Shown here in pieces: positions 40,721-55,700 of a stretch of DNA of 64,000 bases; position 1 is the first letter of the stretch; every line of letters starts with the position of its first letter. The notes under the pieces were generated by a model, which did not search any database, had not been told where the DNA came from, and saw only the letters and a program-made list of their open reading frames with translations. The translations under genes and the position numbers were made by a program. The stretch is from the human T2T-CHM13v2.0 reference genome, Homo sapiens. The stretch lies in assembly GCF_009914755.1 (NCBI RefSeq), contig NC_060933.1; one strand, 5' to 3'.

Positions 40721-43700
40721 AATGGAATCAACCCGAGTGCAATGGAATGGAATGGAATGGAAAGGAATGGAATGGAATGGATTCAACCCGAATGGAATGG
40801 AAAGGAATGGAATCAACCCGAGAGGAATGGCATGGAATGGAATGGAATGGAATGGAGTGGAATGGTACGGAATAGAATGTAATGGAACGAAACGGAATGG
40901 AATGGAATGGAATGGAATGGAATGGAATGGAATCATTCCGAGTGGAATAGAGGGGAATGTTTTCGAGTGGAATGAAAAGGAATGGTATCAACCAGAGTGG
41001 AATGGAATGGAATCGAATGGAATGGAAAGGAATAGAATGGAATCAACCCGAGTGGAATGGAATGGAAAGGACTGGAATGGAATGGAATGGAATGCAATGG
41101 AATCAACTCGATTGCAATGAAATGGAATGGAATGGAATGGAATGGAATGGAATGGAATGGAATGGAATAGAATGGAAAGGAATCACCCCAAGTGCAGGGG
41201 AATTTAATGGAAAGGAATGCAGTGGAATGGAATCATCCGGAATGGAATGGAATGTAATGGAATGGAATGGAATGGAACGGAATGGAATGGAATGGAACGG
41301 AATGGAATGGAATGGGTTCAACTCGAATGGAATGGAAAGGAATGGAATCAACACGAGGGGAATGGCATGGAATGGAATGGAATTGAATGAAATGGAATGG
41401 AATGGAATGGAATGAAATGGAATGGAATGGAAAGGAATGGAATCAACACGAGTGGAATGGCATGGAATGGAATGGAATTGAATGAAATGGAATGGAATGG
41501 AATGGAATGAAATGTAATGGAATGGAATGGAATGGAATCAACCCGAGTGCAATGTAATGGAATCGAATGGAATGGAATGGAATGGAATGGATTCAACCCG
41601 AATGGAATTAAAAGGAATGGAATATACCCGAGTGGAATGGCATGGAAGGGAGTGGAATGGAATGGAATGGAATGGTACGGAATAGAATGGAATGTAACGA
41701 AATGGAATGGAAGGGAATGGAATGGAATGGAATGGAATGAACCCGTGTGCAATGGAATGGAATGGAATGGAATGGAATGGAATGGAATGGAATGGATTCA
41801 ACTCTAATGGAATGGAAGGGAATGGAATCAACGCGAGTGGAATGGCATGGAATGGAATGGAATGGAATGGAATGGAATGGAATGGAATGGAGTGGAATGG
41901 AATGGTACGGAATAGAATGGAATGGAAAGAAATGGAATGGAATGAAATGGAATGGAATGGAATGGAATGGAATGGAATGGAATGGAATCAACCCGAGTGC
42001 AGGGGAATGGAATGGAATTGAAGGCAATGGAATGGAATCATCCGGAATTGAATGGAATGGAATGGAATCAACTCGATTGCAATGGAATGGAATGGAATGG
42101 AATGCAATGGAATGGAATGGAATGGAATGGAATTAACCCGAATAGAATGGAATGGAATGGAATGGAATGGAATGGAACGGAAGTAAATGGAATGGAATGT
42201 AATGAACCCGAGTGCAGGGGAATGGAATGGAATGGAATGCAATGGAATGGAGTCATCCGGAATGGAACAGAAAGGAATGGAATGGAATGAACCCGTGTGC
42301 AATGGAATGGAATGGAATGGAATGGAATGGAATGGAATGGATTCAACTCTAATGGAATAGAAGGGAATGGAATCAACGCGAGTGGAATGGCATGGAATGG
42401 AATGGAATGGAAAGGAATGGAATGGAGTGGAATGGAATGGTACGGAATAGAATGGAATGGAACGAAATGGAATGGAATGAAATGGAATGGAATGGAATGG
42501 AATGGAATGGAATGGAATGGAATGGAATCAACCCGAGTGCAGGGGAATGGAATGGATTTGAAGGCAATGGAATGGAATCATCCGGAATTGAATGGAATGG
42601 AATGGAATGAACTCGATTGCAATGGAATGGAATGGAATGGAATGGAATGGAATGGAATGGAATGGAATTAACCCGAATAGAATGGAATGGAATGGAATGG
42701 AATGGTACGGAATAGAATGGAATGGAACCAAATGGAATGGAATGAAATGGAATGGAATGGAATGGAATGGAATGGAATCAACCCGACTGCAGGGGAATGG
42801 AATGGAATTGAAGGCAATGGAATGGAATCATCCGGAATTGAATGGAATGGAATGGGATCAACTCGATTGCAATGGAATGGAATGGAATGGAATGGAATGG
42901 AATGGAATGGAATGGAATGGAATGGAATGGAATGGAATTAACCCGAATAGAATGGAATGGAATGGAATGGAATGGAATGGAAGTAAATGGAATGGAATGT
43001 AAAGAACCCGAGTGCAGGGGAATGGAATGGAATGGAATGCAATGGAATGGTGTCATCCGGAATGGAACAGAAAGGAATGGAATGGAATCAACCCGTGTGC
43101 AATGGAATGGAAAGGAATGGAATGGAATGGAATGGAATGGAATGGAATGGAATGGAATGGAATGGATTCAACCCGAATGGAATGGAAAGGAAGGGAATCA
43201 ACCCAAGTGGAATGGCATGGAATGGAATGGAATGGAATGGAATGGAATGGTACCGAATAGAATGGAATGGAACCAAATGGAATAGAATGGAATGGAATGG
43301 AATGGAATCAACCCGAGTGCAATGGAATGGAGTGGAATGGAATGGAATGGAAACAACCCGAATGGAATGGAATGAAATGGAGTGTAAGGGAATTGAATAC
43401 AATCAATCCGAATGTAATGGAATGGAATGGAACGGAATGGAATGGAATGGAATGGAATGCAGTGGAATGGAATCAAACATAGTGCAATGGAATGGAATGG
43501 AATGGAATGGAATGGAATGGAATGGAATGGATTCAATCCAAATGGAATGGAAAGCAATGGAATCAACCCGAGTGGAAGGGCATGGAATGGAATGGAATGG
43601 AATGGAATGGAATGGAACGGAATAGAACGGAATGGACCGAAATGGAATGGAATGGAATGGAATGGAAAGGAATAGAATGGAATCAACTCGATTGCAATGG

Positions 43701-46700
43701 AATGTAATGGAATGGAATGGAATGCAAGTAACGCGAATAGAATGGAATGGAATGGAAAGGAACGGAATGGAATGGAATGGAATGGAATCGAATGGAATCA
43801 ACCTGAGTGCATGGGAATGGAATGTAATGGAATGCAATGGAATGTAATGGAATGGAATGCAATGGAATCAACTCGATTGCAATGGGATGGAATGGAATGG
43901 AATGGAAGGGAAAGGAATAGAATGGAATTAACCTGAACAGAATGGAATGGAATGGAATGGAACGGAATGGAATGGAACGGAATGGAATGGAATGGAATGG
44001 AATGAACCCGTGTGCAATGGAATGGAATGGAATGGAATGGAATGGAATGGAATGGGTTCAACTCGAATGGAATGGAAAGGAATGGAATCAACACGAGTGG
44101 AATGGAATGGAATGGAATGGAATGGAATGGAATGGAATGGAATGGAATGGAATGGAATGGAATGAAATGTAATGTAATGGAATGGAATGGAATCAACCCG
44201 AGTGCAGTGTAATGGAATCGAATGGAATGGAATGGAATGGAATGGATTTAACACGAATGTAATGGAAAGGAATGGAATAAACCCGCGTGGAATGGCATGG
44301 AATGGAGTGGAATGGAATGAAATGTAAAGGAATGGAATGGAATGGAATCAACCCGAGTGCAATGTAATGGAATGGAATGGAATGGAATGGAATGGAATGG
44401 ATTCAACCAGAATGGAATGGAAAGGAATGGAATAAACCCGAGTGGAATGGCATGGAATGGAGTGGAATGGAATGGAATGGAATGGAATGGAATGCTACGG
44501 AATAGAATGGAATGGAAGGAAATGGAATGGAATGGAATGGAATGGAATAGAATGGAATGGAATGAACCCGTGTGCAATGGAATGGAATCGAATGGAATGG
44601 AATGGATTGGAATGGATTGAACTCGAATGGAATGGAAAGGAATGGAATCAACCCGAGTGGAATGGCATGGAATGGAATGGAATGGAATGGAATGGAATGG
44701 AATGGAATGGTACGGAATAGAATGGAAAGGAACGAAATGGAATGGAATGAAATGGAATGGAATGGAATGGAATGGAATGGAATCAACCCGAGTGCAGGGG
44801 AATGGAATGGAATTGAAGGCAATGGAATGGAATCATCCGGAATTGAATGGAATGGAATGGAATCAACTCGATTGCAATGGAATGGAATGGAATGGAATGG
44901 AATGGAATGGAATGGAATGGAATGGAATGGAATTAACCCGAATAGAATGGAATGGAATGGAATGGAAGTAAATGGAATGGAAGGTAATGAACCCGAGTGC
45001 AGGGGAATGGAATGGAATGGAATGGAATGCTATGGAATGGAGTCATCCGGAATGGAACGGAAAGGAACGGAATGGAACCAACCCGTGTGCAATGGAATGG
45101 AAAGGAATGGAATGGAATGGAATGGAATGGAATGGATTCAACCCGAATGGAATGGAAAGGAAGGGAATCAACCCAAGTGGAATCGCATGGAATGGAATGG
45201 ATTGGAATGGAATGGAATGGAATGGTACCGAATAGAATGGAATGGAAGGAAATGGAATAGAATGGAATGGAATGGAATGCAATCAACCCGAGTGCAATGG
45301 AATGGAGTGGAATGGATTGGAATGGAATGGAAACAACCTGAATGGAATGGAATGAAATGGAGTGTAAGGGAATTGAATACAATCAATCCGAATGTAATGG
45401 AATGGAATGGAATGGAACGGAATGGAATGGAATGGAATGGAATGGAATGCAGTGGAATGGAATCAAACCTAGTGCAATGGAATAGAATGGAATGGAATGG
45501 AATGGAATGGAATGGAATGGAATGGATTCAACCCAAATGGAATGGAAAGCCATGGAATCAACCCGAGTGGAATGGCATGGAATGGAATGGAATGGAATGG
45601 TACGGAATAGAATGCAATGGAACGAAATGGAATGGAATGGAATGGAATGGAATGGAATGGAATGGAATGCAATCATTCCGAGTGGAATAGAAGGGAATGA
45701 ATTCGAGTGGAATGGAAAGGAATGGAATCAACCAGAGTGGAATGGAAGGGAATGGAATGGAATGGAAACTAATAAAATGGAATCAAAACGAGTGGAATGG
45801 AATGGAAAGGACTTGAATGGAATGGAATGGAATGGAATGGAATGGAATGGAATGGAATCAACTCGATTGCTATGGAATGTAAGGGAATGGAATGGAATGG
45901 AATTAACCCGAGTAGAATGGAATGGAATGGAATGGAATGGAATGGAATGGAATCAACCTGAGTGCAGGGGAATGGAATGCAATGGAATGCAATGGAATGG
46001 AATGGAATGGAATGCAAAGGAATCAACTAGATTGCAATGGAATGGAATGGAATGGAATGGAATGGAATGGAATGGAATGGAATGGAATGGAATGGAATTA
46101 ACCTGAAAAGAATGGAATGGAATGGAATGGAATGGAATGGAACGGAATGGAATGGAATGGAATGGAATGGAATCAACCCGAGTGCAGGGGAATGGAATGG
46201 AATGGAATGCAATGGAATGGAATCATCCGGAATGGAATTGAATGGAATGGAATGCAATGGAATGGAATCAATCAACCCGAGTGCAATGCAATGGAGTGTA
46301 ATGGAATCGAATGGAATGGAAACTACCCGAATGGAATGGAATGTAATGGAGTGTAAGGGAATTGAAAAGAATCAATCCGAATGTAATGGAATGGAATGGA
46401 ACGGAATGAAATGGAATGGCATGGAATGGAATGGAATCAACCCGAGTGCAATGGAATGGAATTGAACGGAATGGAATGGAAAGGAATGGATTCAACCCGA
46501 ATGGAATGGAAAGGAATGGAATAAACCCGAGTGGAATGGCTTGGAATGGAATGAAATGGAGTGGAATGAAATGGAATGGAATGGAATGGTACGGAATAGA
46601 ATGGAATGGAACGAAATGGAATAGAATGGAATGGAATGGAATGGAATGGAATGAAACCGTGTGGAATGGAATGGAATGGAATGGAATGGAATGGAATGGA

Positions 46701-49700
46701 ATGGGTTCGACTCGAATGGAATGGAATGGAATGGAATCAACCCGAGTGGAATGGCATGGAATGGAATCGAATGGAATGGAATGGAATGGAATGGAAACAA
46801 CACGAGTGCAATGTAATGGAATGGAATGGAATGGAATGGAATGGAATGGAATGGAATGGATTCAACCCGAATGGAATGGAAAGGAATGGAATAAACCCGA
46901 GTGGAATGGCATGGAATGGAGTCTAATGGAATGGAATGGAATGGAATGGTATGGAATAGAATGGAATGGAACGAAATGGAATGGAATGGAATGGAATGGA
47001 ATGAACCCGTGTGCAATGGAATGGAATGGAATGGAATGGAATGGAATGGATTCAACTCGAATGGAATGGAAAGGAATGGAATCAACCCGAGTGAAATGGC
47101 ATGGAAAGGAATGGAATGGAATGGAATGGAATGGAATTAACCCTAATAGAATGGAATGGAATGGAATGGAATGGAATGGAATGGAAGGAAATGGAATGGA
47201 ATGGAATGGAATGGAATGGAATGGAATGGTACGGAATAGAATGGAATGGAACGAAATGGAATGGAATGGAATGGAATGGAATGGAATGGAATGGAATGGA
47301 ATGGAATCAACCCGAGTGCAGGCAAATGGAATGGAATGGAAGGCAATGGAATGACATCATTCGGAATTGAATGGAATGGAATGGAATGGAATGGAATCAA
47401 CTCGATTGAAATCGAATGGAATGGAATGGAATGGAATGGAATGGAAATGAATGGAATGGAATGTAATGAAACCGAGTGCAGGGGAATGGAATGGAATGGA
47501 ATGCAATGGAATGGAGTCATCCGGAATGGAACGGAATGGAATGGAATGGAATCAACCCGAGTGCAATGGAATGGAATGGAATGGAAAGGAATGGAATGGA
47601 ATGGATTCAACCCGAATGGAATGGAAAGGAATGGAATCAACCCGAGAGGAATGGCATGGAATGGAATGGAATGGAATGGAGTGGAATGGTACAGAATAGA
47701 ATGTAATGGAACGAAATGGAATGGAATGGAATGGAATGGAATGGAATGGAATCATTCCGAGTGGAATAGAAGGGAATATTTTCGAGTGGAATGAAAAGGA
47801 ATGGAATCAACCAGAATGGAATGGAATGGAATCGAGTGGAATGGAATGCAATCGAATGGAATGGAAAGGAATAGAATGGAATCAACCTGAGTGGAATGGA
47901 ATGGAAAGGACTGGAATGGAATGGAATGGAATGCAATGGAATCAACTCGATTGCAATGGAATGGAATGGAATGGAATGGAATGGAATGGAATTAACCGGA
48001 ATAGAATGGAATTGAATGGAATGGAAAGGAATGGAATGGAATAGAATGGAATGGAATGGATTCAACTCGAATGGAATGGAAAGGAATGGAATCAACCCGA
48101 GGGGGATGGCATGGAATGGAATGGAATGGAATGGAATGGAATGGAATTAACCCTAATAGAATGGAATGGAATGGAATGGAATGGAATGGAATGGAAGGAA
48201 ATGGAATGGAATGGAATGGAATGGAATGGAATGGAAGGAAATGGAATGGAATGGAATGGAATGGAATGGAATGGTACGGAATAGAATGGAATGGAACGAA
48301 ATGGAATGGAATGGAATGGAATGGAATGGAATGGAATGGAATGGAATGAAATCAACCCGAGTGCAGGGGAATGGAATGGAATGGAAGGCAATGGAATGAA
48401 ATCATTCGGAATTGAATGGAATGGAATGGAATGGAATGGAATCAACTCGATTGAAATGGAATGGAATGGAATGGAATGGAATGGAATGGAATGGAATGGA
48501 ATGGAATGGAAGTGAATGGAATGGAATGTAATGAAACCGAGTGCAGGGGAATGGAATGGAATGGAATGCAATGGAATGCAGTCATCCGGAATGGAACGGA
48601 ATGGAATGGAATGGAATCAACCCGAGTGCAATGGAATGGAATGGAATGGAAAGGAATGGAATGGAATGGATTCAACCCGAATGGAATGGAAAGGAATGGA
48701 ATCAACCCGAGAGGAATGGCATGGAATGGAATGGAATGGAATGGAGTGGAATGGTATGGAATAGAATGTAATGGAACGAAACGGAATGGAATGGAATGGA
48801 ATGGAATGGAATGGAATGGAATCATTCCGAGTGGAATAGAAGGGAATGTTTTCGAGTGGAATGAAAAGGAATGGTATCAACCAGAGTGGAATGGAATGGA
48901 ATCGAATGGAATGGAAAGGAATAGAATGGAATCAACCCGAGTGGAATGGAATGGAAAGGACTGGAATGGAATGGAATGGAATGCAATGGAATCAACTCGA
49001 TTGCAATGAAATGGAATGGAATGGAATGGAATGGAATGGAATGGAATGGAATGGAATGGAATGGAATGGAATAGAATGGAAAGGAATCACCCCAAGTGCA
49101 GGGGAATTTAATGGAATGGAATGCAGTGGAATGGAATCATCCGGAATGGAATGGAATGGAATGGAATGGAACGGAATGGAATGGAATCAACTCGATTTCA
49201 ATGGAATGGAAAGGAATGGAATGGAATGGAATGCAATGGAATCGTACGGAATAGAATGGAATGGAGCGAAATGGAATGTAATGGAATGGAATGGAATGGA
49301 ATGGAATGGAATGGAATGGAATGGAACGGAATGGAATGGAATGAACCCGCGTGCAATGGAATGGAATGGAATGGAATGGAATGGAATGGGTTCAACTCGA
49401 ATGGAATGGAAAGGAATGGAATCAACACGAGTGGAATGGCATGGAATGGAATGGAATTGAATGAAATGGAATGGAATGGAATGGAATGAAATGTAATGGA
49501 ATGGAAAGGAATGGAATCAACACGAGTGGAATGGCATGGAATGGAATGGAATTGAATGAAATGGAATGGAATGGAATGGAATGAAATGTAATGGAATGGA
49601 ATGGAATGGAATCAACCCCAGTGCAATGTAATGGAATCGAATGGAATGGAATGGAATGGAATGGATTCAACCCGAATGGAATTAAAAGGAATGGAATATA

Positions 49701-52700
49701 CCCGAGTGGAATGGCATGGAATGGAGTGGAATGGAATGTAATGGAATGGTACGGAATAGAATGGAATGTAACGAAATGGAATGGAAGGGAATGGAATGGA
49801 ATGGAATGGAATGAACCCGTGTGCAATGGAATGGAATGGAATGGAATGGAATGGATTCAACTCTAATGGAATGGAAGGGAATGGAATCAACGTGAGTGGA
49901 ATGGCATGGAATGGAATGGAATGGAATGGAATGGAATGGAATGGTGTGGAATGGAATGGTACGGAATAGAATGGAATGGAAAGAAATGGAATGGAATGAA
50001 ATGGAATGGAATGGAATGGAATGGAATCGAATGGAATGGAATGGAATGGAATCAACCCGAGTGCAGGGGAATGGAATGGAATTGAAGGCAATGGAATGGA
50101 ATCATCCGGAATTGAATGGAATGGAATGGAATCAACTCGATTGCAATGGAATGGAATGGAATGGAATGGAATGGAATGGAATGGAATGAAATGGAATTAA
50201 CCCGAATAGAATGGTATGGAATGGAATGTAATGGAATGGAATGGTACGGAATAGAATGGAATGGAACGAAATGGAATGGAATGAAATGGAATGGAATGGA
50301 ATGGAATGGAATCAACCCGACTGCAGGGGAATGGAATGGAATTGAAGGCAATGGAATGGAATCATCCGGAATTGAATGGAATGGAATGGAATCAACTCGA
50401 TTGCAATGGAATGGAATGGAATGGAATGGAATGGAATGGAATGGAATGGAATGGAATGGAATGGAATGGAATTAACCCGAATAGAATGGAATGGAATGGA
50501 ATGGAATGGAATGGAATGGAAGTAAATGGAATGGAATGTAATGAACCCGAGTGCAGGGGAATGGAATGGAATGGAATGCAATGGAATGGAGTCATCCGGA
50601 ATGGAACAGAAAGGAATGGAATGGAATGAACCCGTGTGCAATGGAATGGAATCGAATGGAATGGAATGGAATGGAATGGATTCAACTCAAATGGAATGGA
50701 AGGGAATGGAATCAACGCGAGTGGAATGACATGGAATGGAATGGAATGGAAAGGAATGGAATGGAGTGGAATGGAATGGTACGGAATAGAATGGAATGGA
50801 AAGAAATGGAATGGAAAGAAATGGAATGGAATGGAATGGAATGGAATGGAATGGAATGGAATGGAATCAACCCGAGTGCAGGGGAATGGAATGGAATTGA
50901 AGGCAATGGAATGGAATCATCCGGAATTGAATGGAATGGAATGGAATCAACTCGATTGCAATGGAATGGAATGGAATGGAATGGAATGGAATGGAATGGA
51001 ATGGAATGGAATGGAATGGAATGGAATTAACCCGAATAGAATGGAATGGAATGGAATGGAATGGAATGGAATGGAATGGAATGGTACGGAATAGAATGGA
51101 ATGGAACCAAATGGAACGGAATGAAATGGAATGGAATGGAATGGAATGGAATGGAATCAACCCGACTGCAGGGGAATGGAATGGAATTGAAGGCAATGGA
51201 ATGGAATCATCCGGAATTGAATGGAATGGAATGGAATCAACTCGATTGCAATGGAATGGAATGGAATGGAATGGAATGGAATGGAATGGAATGGAATGGA
51301 ATGGAATGGAAAGGAATTAACCCGAATAGAATGGAATGGAATGGAATGGAATGGAATGGAAGTAAATGGAATGGAATGTAATGAACCCGAGTGCAGGGGA
51401 ATGGAATGGAATGGAATGCAATGGAATGGTGTCATCCGGAATGGAACAGAAAGGAATGGAATGGAATCAACCCGTGTGCAATGGAATGGAAAGGAATGGA
51501 ATGGAATGGAATGGAATGGAATGGAATGGAATGGATTCAACCCGAATGGAATGGAAAGGAAGGGAATCAACCCAAGTGGAATGGCATGGAATGGAATGGA
51601 ATGGAATGGAATGGAATGGTACCGAATAGAATGGAATGGAACCAAATGGAATAGAATGGAATGGAATGGAATGGAATCAACCCGAGTGCAATGGAATGGA
51701 GTGGAATGGAATGGAATGGAATGGAAACAACCCGAATGGAATGGAATGAAATGGAGTGTAAGGGAATTGAATACAATCAATCCGAATGTAATGGAATGGA
51801 ATGGAACGGAATGGAATGGAATGGAATGGAATGCAGTGGAATGGAATCAAACCTAGTGCAATGGAATGGAATGGAATGGAATGGAATGGAATGGAATGGA
51901 ATGGAATGGAATGGAATGGATTCAATCCAAATGGAATGGAAAGCAATGGAATCAACCCGAGTGGAATGGCATGGAATGGAATGGAATAGAATGGAATGGA
52001 ATGGAATGGAATGGAACGGAATAGAACGGAATGGACCGAAATGGAATGGAATGGAATGGAATGGAACGGAATGAAATGGAATCAATTCGATTGCAATGGA
52101 ATGTAATGGAATGGAATGGAATGCAATTAACGCGAATAGAATGGAATGGAATGGAAAGGAACGGAATGGAATGGAATGGAATGGAATGGAATGGAATCAA
52201 CCTGAGTGCAGGGGAATGGAATGGAATGGAATGCAATGTAATGTAATGGAATGGAATGCAATGGAATCAACTCGACTGCAATGGGATGGAATGGAATGGA
52301 ATGGAAGGGAAAGGAATAGAATGGAATTAACCTGAACAGAATGGAATGGAATGGAATGGAACGGAATAGAATGGAACGGAATGGAATGGAATGGAATGGA
52401 ATGAACCCGTGTGCAATGGAATGGAATGGAATGGAATGTAATGGAATGGAATCAACCCGAGTGCAGTGTAATGGAATCGAATGGAATGGAATGGAATGGA
52501 ATGGATTCAACACGAATGTAATGGAAAGGAATGGAATAAACCCGCGTGGAATGGCATGGAATGGAGTGGAATGGAATGAAATGTAAAGGAATGGAATGGA
52601 ATGGAATCAACCCGAGTGCAATGTAATGGAATCGAATGGAATGGAATGGAATGGAATGGATTCAACCAGAATGGAATGGAAAGGAATGGAATAAACCCGA

Positions 52701-55700
52701 GTGGAATGGCATGGAATGGAGTGGAATGGAATGGAATGGAATGGAATGGAATGGTACGGAATAGAATGGAATGGAAGGAAATGGAATGGAATGGAATGGA
52801 ATGGAATGGAATAAAATGAACCCGTGTGCAATAGAATGGAATCGAATGGAATGGAATGGATTGGAATGGATTGAACTCGAATGGAATGGAAAGGAATGGA
52901 ATAAACCCGCGTGGAATGGCATGGAATGGAGTGGAATGGAATGAAATGTAAAGGAATGGAATGGAATGGAATCAACCCGAGTGCAATGTAATGGAATCGA
53001 ATGGAATGGAATGGAATGGAATGGATTCAACCAGAATGGAATGGAAAGGAATGGAATAAACCCGAGTGGAATTGCATGGAATGGAGTGGAATGGAATGGA
53101 ATGGAATGGAATGGAATGGTACGGAATAGAATGGAATGGAAGGAAATGGAATGGAATGGAATGGAATGGAATGGAATAAAATGAACCCGTGTGCAATAGA
53201 ATGGAATCGAATGGAATGGAATGGATTGGAATGGATTGAACTCGAATGGAATGGAAAGGAATGGAATCAACCCGAGTGGAATGGCATGGAATGGAATGGA
53301 ATGGAATGGAATGGAATGGAATGGAATGGTACGGAATAGAATGGAAAGGAACGAAATGGTATGGAATGAAATGGAATGGAATGGAATGGAATAGAATGGA
53401 ATCAACCCGAGTGCAGGGGAATGGAATGGAATTGAAGGCAATGGAATGGAATCATCCGGAATTGAATGGAATGGAATGGAATCAACTCGATTGCAATGGA
53501 ATGGAATGGAATGGAATGGAATGGAATGGAATGGAATGGAATGGAATTAACCCGAATAGAATGGAATGGAATGGAATGGAAGTAAATGGAATGGAAGGTA
53601 ATGAACCCGAGTGCAGGGCAATGGAATGGAATGGAATGGAATGCAATGGAATGGAGTCATCCGGAATGGAACGGAGAGGAACGGAATGGAACCAACCCGT
53701 GTGCAATGGAATGGAAAGGAATGGAATGGAATGGAATGGAATGGAATGGATTCAACCCGAATGGAATGGAAAGGAAGGGAATCAAACCAAGTGGAATGGC
53801 ATGGAATGGAATGGATTGGAATGGAATGGAATGGAATGGTACCGAATAGAATGGAATGGAAGGAAATGGAATAGAATGGAATGGAATGGAATGCAATCAA
53901 CCCGAGAGCAATGGAATGGAGTGGAATGGATTGGAATGGAATGGAAACAACCTGAATGGAATGGAATGAAATGGAGTGTAAGGGAATTGAATACAATCAA
54001 TCCGAATGTAATGGAATGGAATGGAATGGAACGGAATGGAATGGAATGGAATGGAATGGAATGCAGTGGAATGGAATCAAACCTAGTGCAATGGAATAGA
54101 ATGGAATGGAATGGAATGGAATGGAATGGAATGGATTCAACCCAAATGGAATGGAAAGCCATGGAATCAACCCGAGTGGAATGGCATGGAATGGAATGGA
54201 ATGGAATGGTACGGAATAGAATGCAATGGAACGAAATGGAATGGAATGGAATGGAATGGAATGGAATGGAATGCAATCATTCCGAGTGGAATAGAAGGGA
54301 ATGAATTCGAGTGGAATGGAAAGGAATGGAATCAACCAGAGTGGAATGGAAGGGAATGGAATGGAATGGAAACTGATAAAATGGAATCAAAACGAGTGGA
54401 ATGGAATGGAAAGGACTTGAATGGAATGGAATGGAATGGAATGGAATGGAATGGAATGGAATGGAATCAACTCGATTGCTATGGAATGCAAGGGAATGGA
54501 ATGGAATGGAATTAACCCGAATAGAATGGAATGGAATGGAATGGAATCAACCTGAGTGCAGGGGAATGGAATGCAATGGAATGCAATGGAATGGAATGGA
54601 ATGGAATGCAATGGAATCAACTAGATTGCAATGGAATGGAATGGAATGGAATGGAATGGAATGGAATGGAAGGGAATGGAATGGAATGGAATTAACCTGA
54701 ACAGAATGGAATGGAATGGAATGGAATGGAATGGAATGGAATGGAATGGAATGGAACGGAATGGAATGGAATGGAATGGAATGGAATCAACCAGAGTGCA
54801 GGGGAATGGAATGGAATGGAATGCAATGGAATGGAATCATCCGGAATGGAATTGAATGGAATGGAATGCAATGGAATGGAATCAATCAACCCGAGTGCAA
54901 TACAATGGAGTGTAATGGAATCGAATGGAATGGAAACTACCCGAATGGAATGGAATATAATGGAGTGTAAGGGAATTGAAAAGAATCAATCCGAATGTAA
55001 TGGAATGGAATGGAACGGAATGAAATGGAATGGCATGGAATGGAATGGAATCAACCCGAGTGCAATGGAATGGAATTGAACGGAATGGAATGGAAAGTAA
55101 TGGATTCAACCCGAATGGAATGGAAAGGAATGTAGTAAACCCGAGTGGAATGGCATGGAATGGAATGAAATGGAGTGGAATGGAATGGAATGGAATGGAA
55201 TGGTACGGAATAGAATGGAATGGAACGAAATGGAATAGAATGGAATGGAATGGAATGGAATGAAACCGTGTGCAATGGAATGGAATGGAATGGAATGGAA
55301 TGGAATGGAATGGGTTCGACTCGAATGGAATGGAATGGAATGGAATCAACCCGAGTGGAATGGCATGGAATGGAATGGAATGGAATGGAATGGAATGGAA
55401 TGGAATGGAATGGAAACAACACGAGTGCAATGTAATGGAATGGAATGGAATGGAATGGAATGGAATGGAATGGATTCAACCCGAATGGAATGGAAAGGAA
55501 TGGAATAAACCCGAGTGGAATGGCATGGAATGGAGTCTAATGGAATGGAATGGAATGGAATGGTATGGAATAGAATGGAATGGAACGAAATGGAATGGAA
55601 TGGAATGGAATGGAATGGAATGGAATGAAATGAACCCGTGTGCAATGGAATGGAATGGAATGGAATGGAATGGAATGGAATGGAATGGAATGGAATGGGT

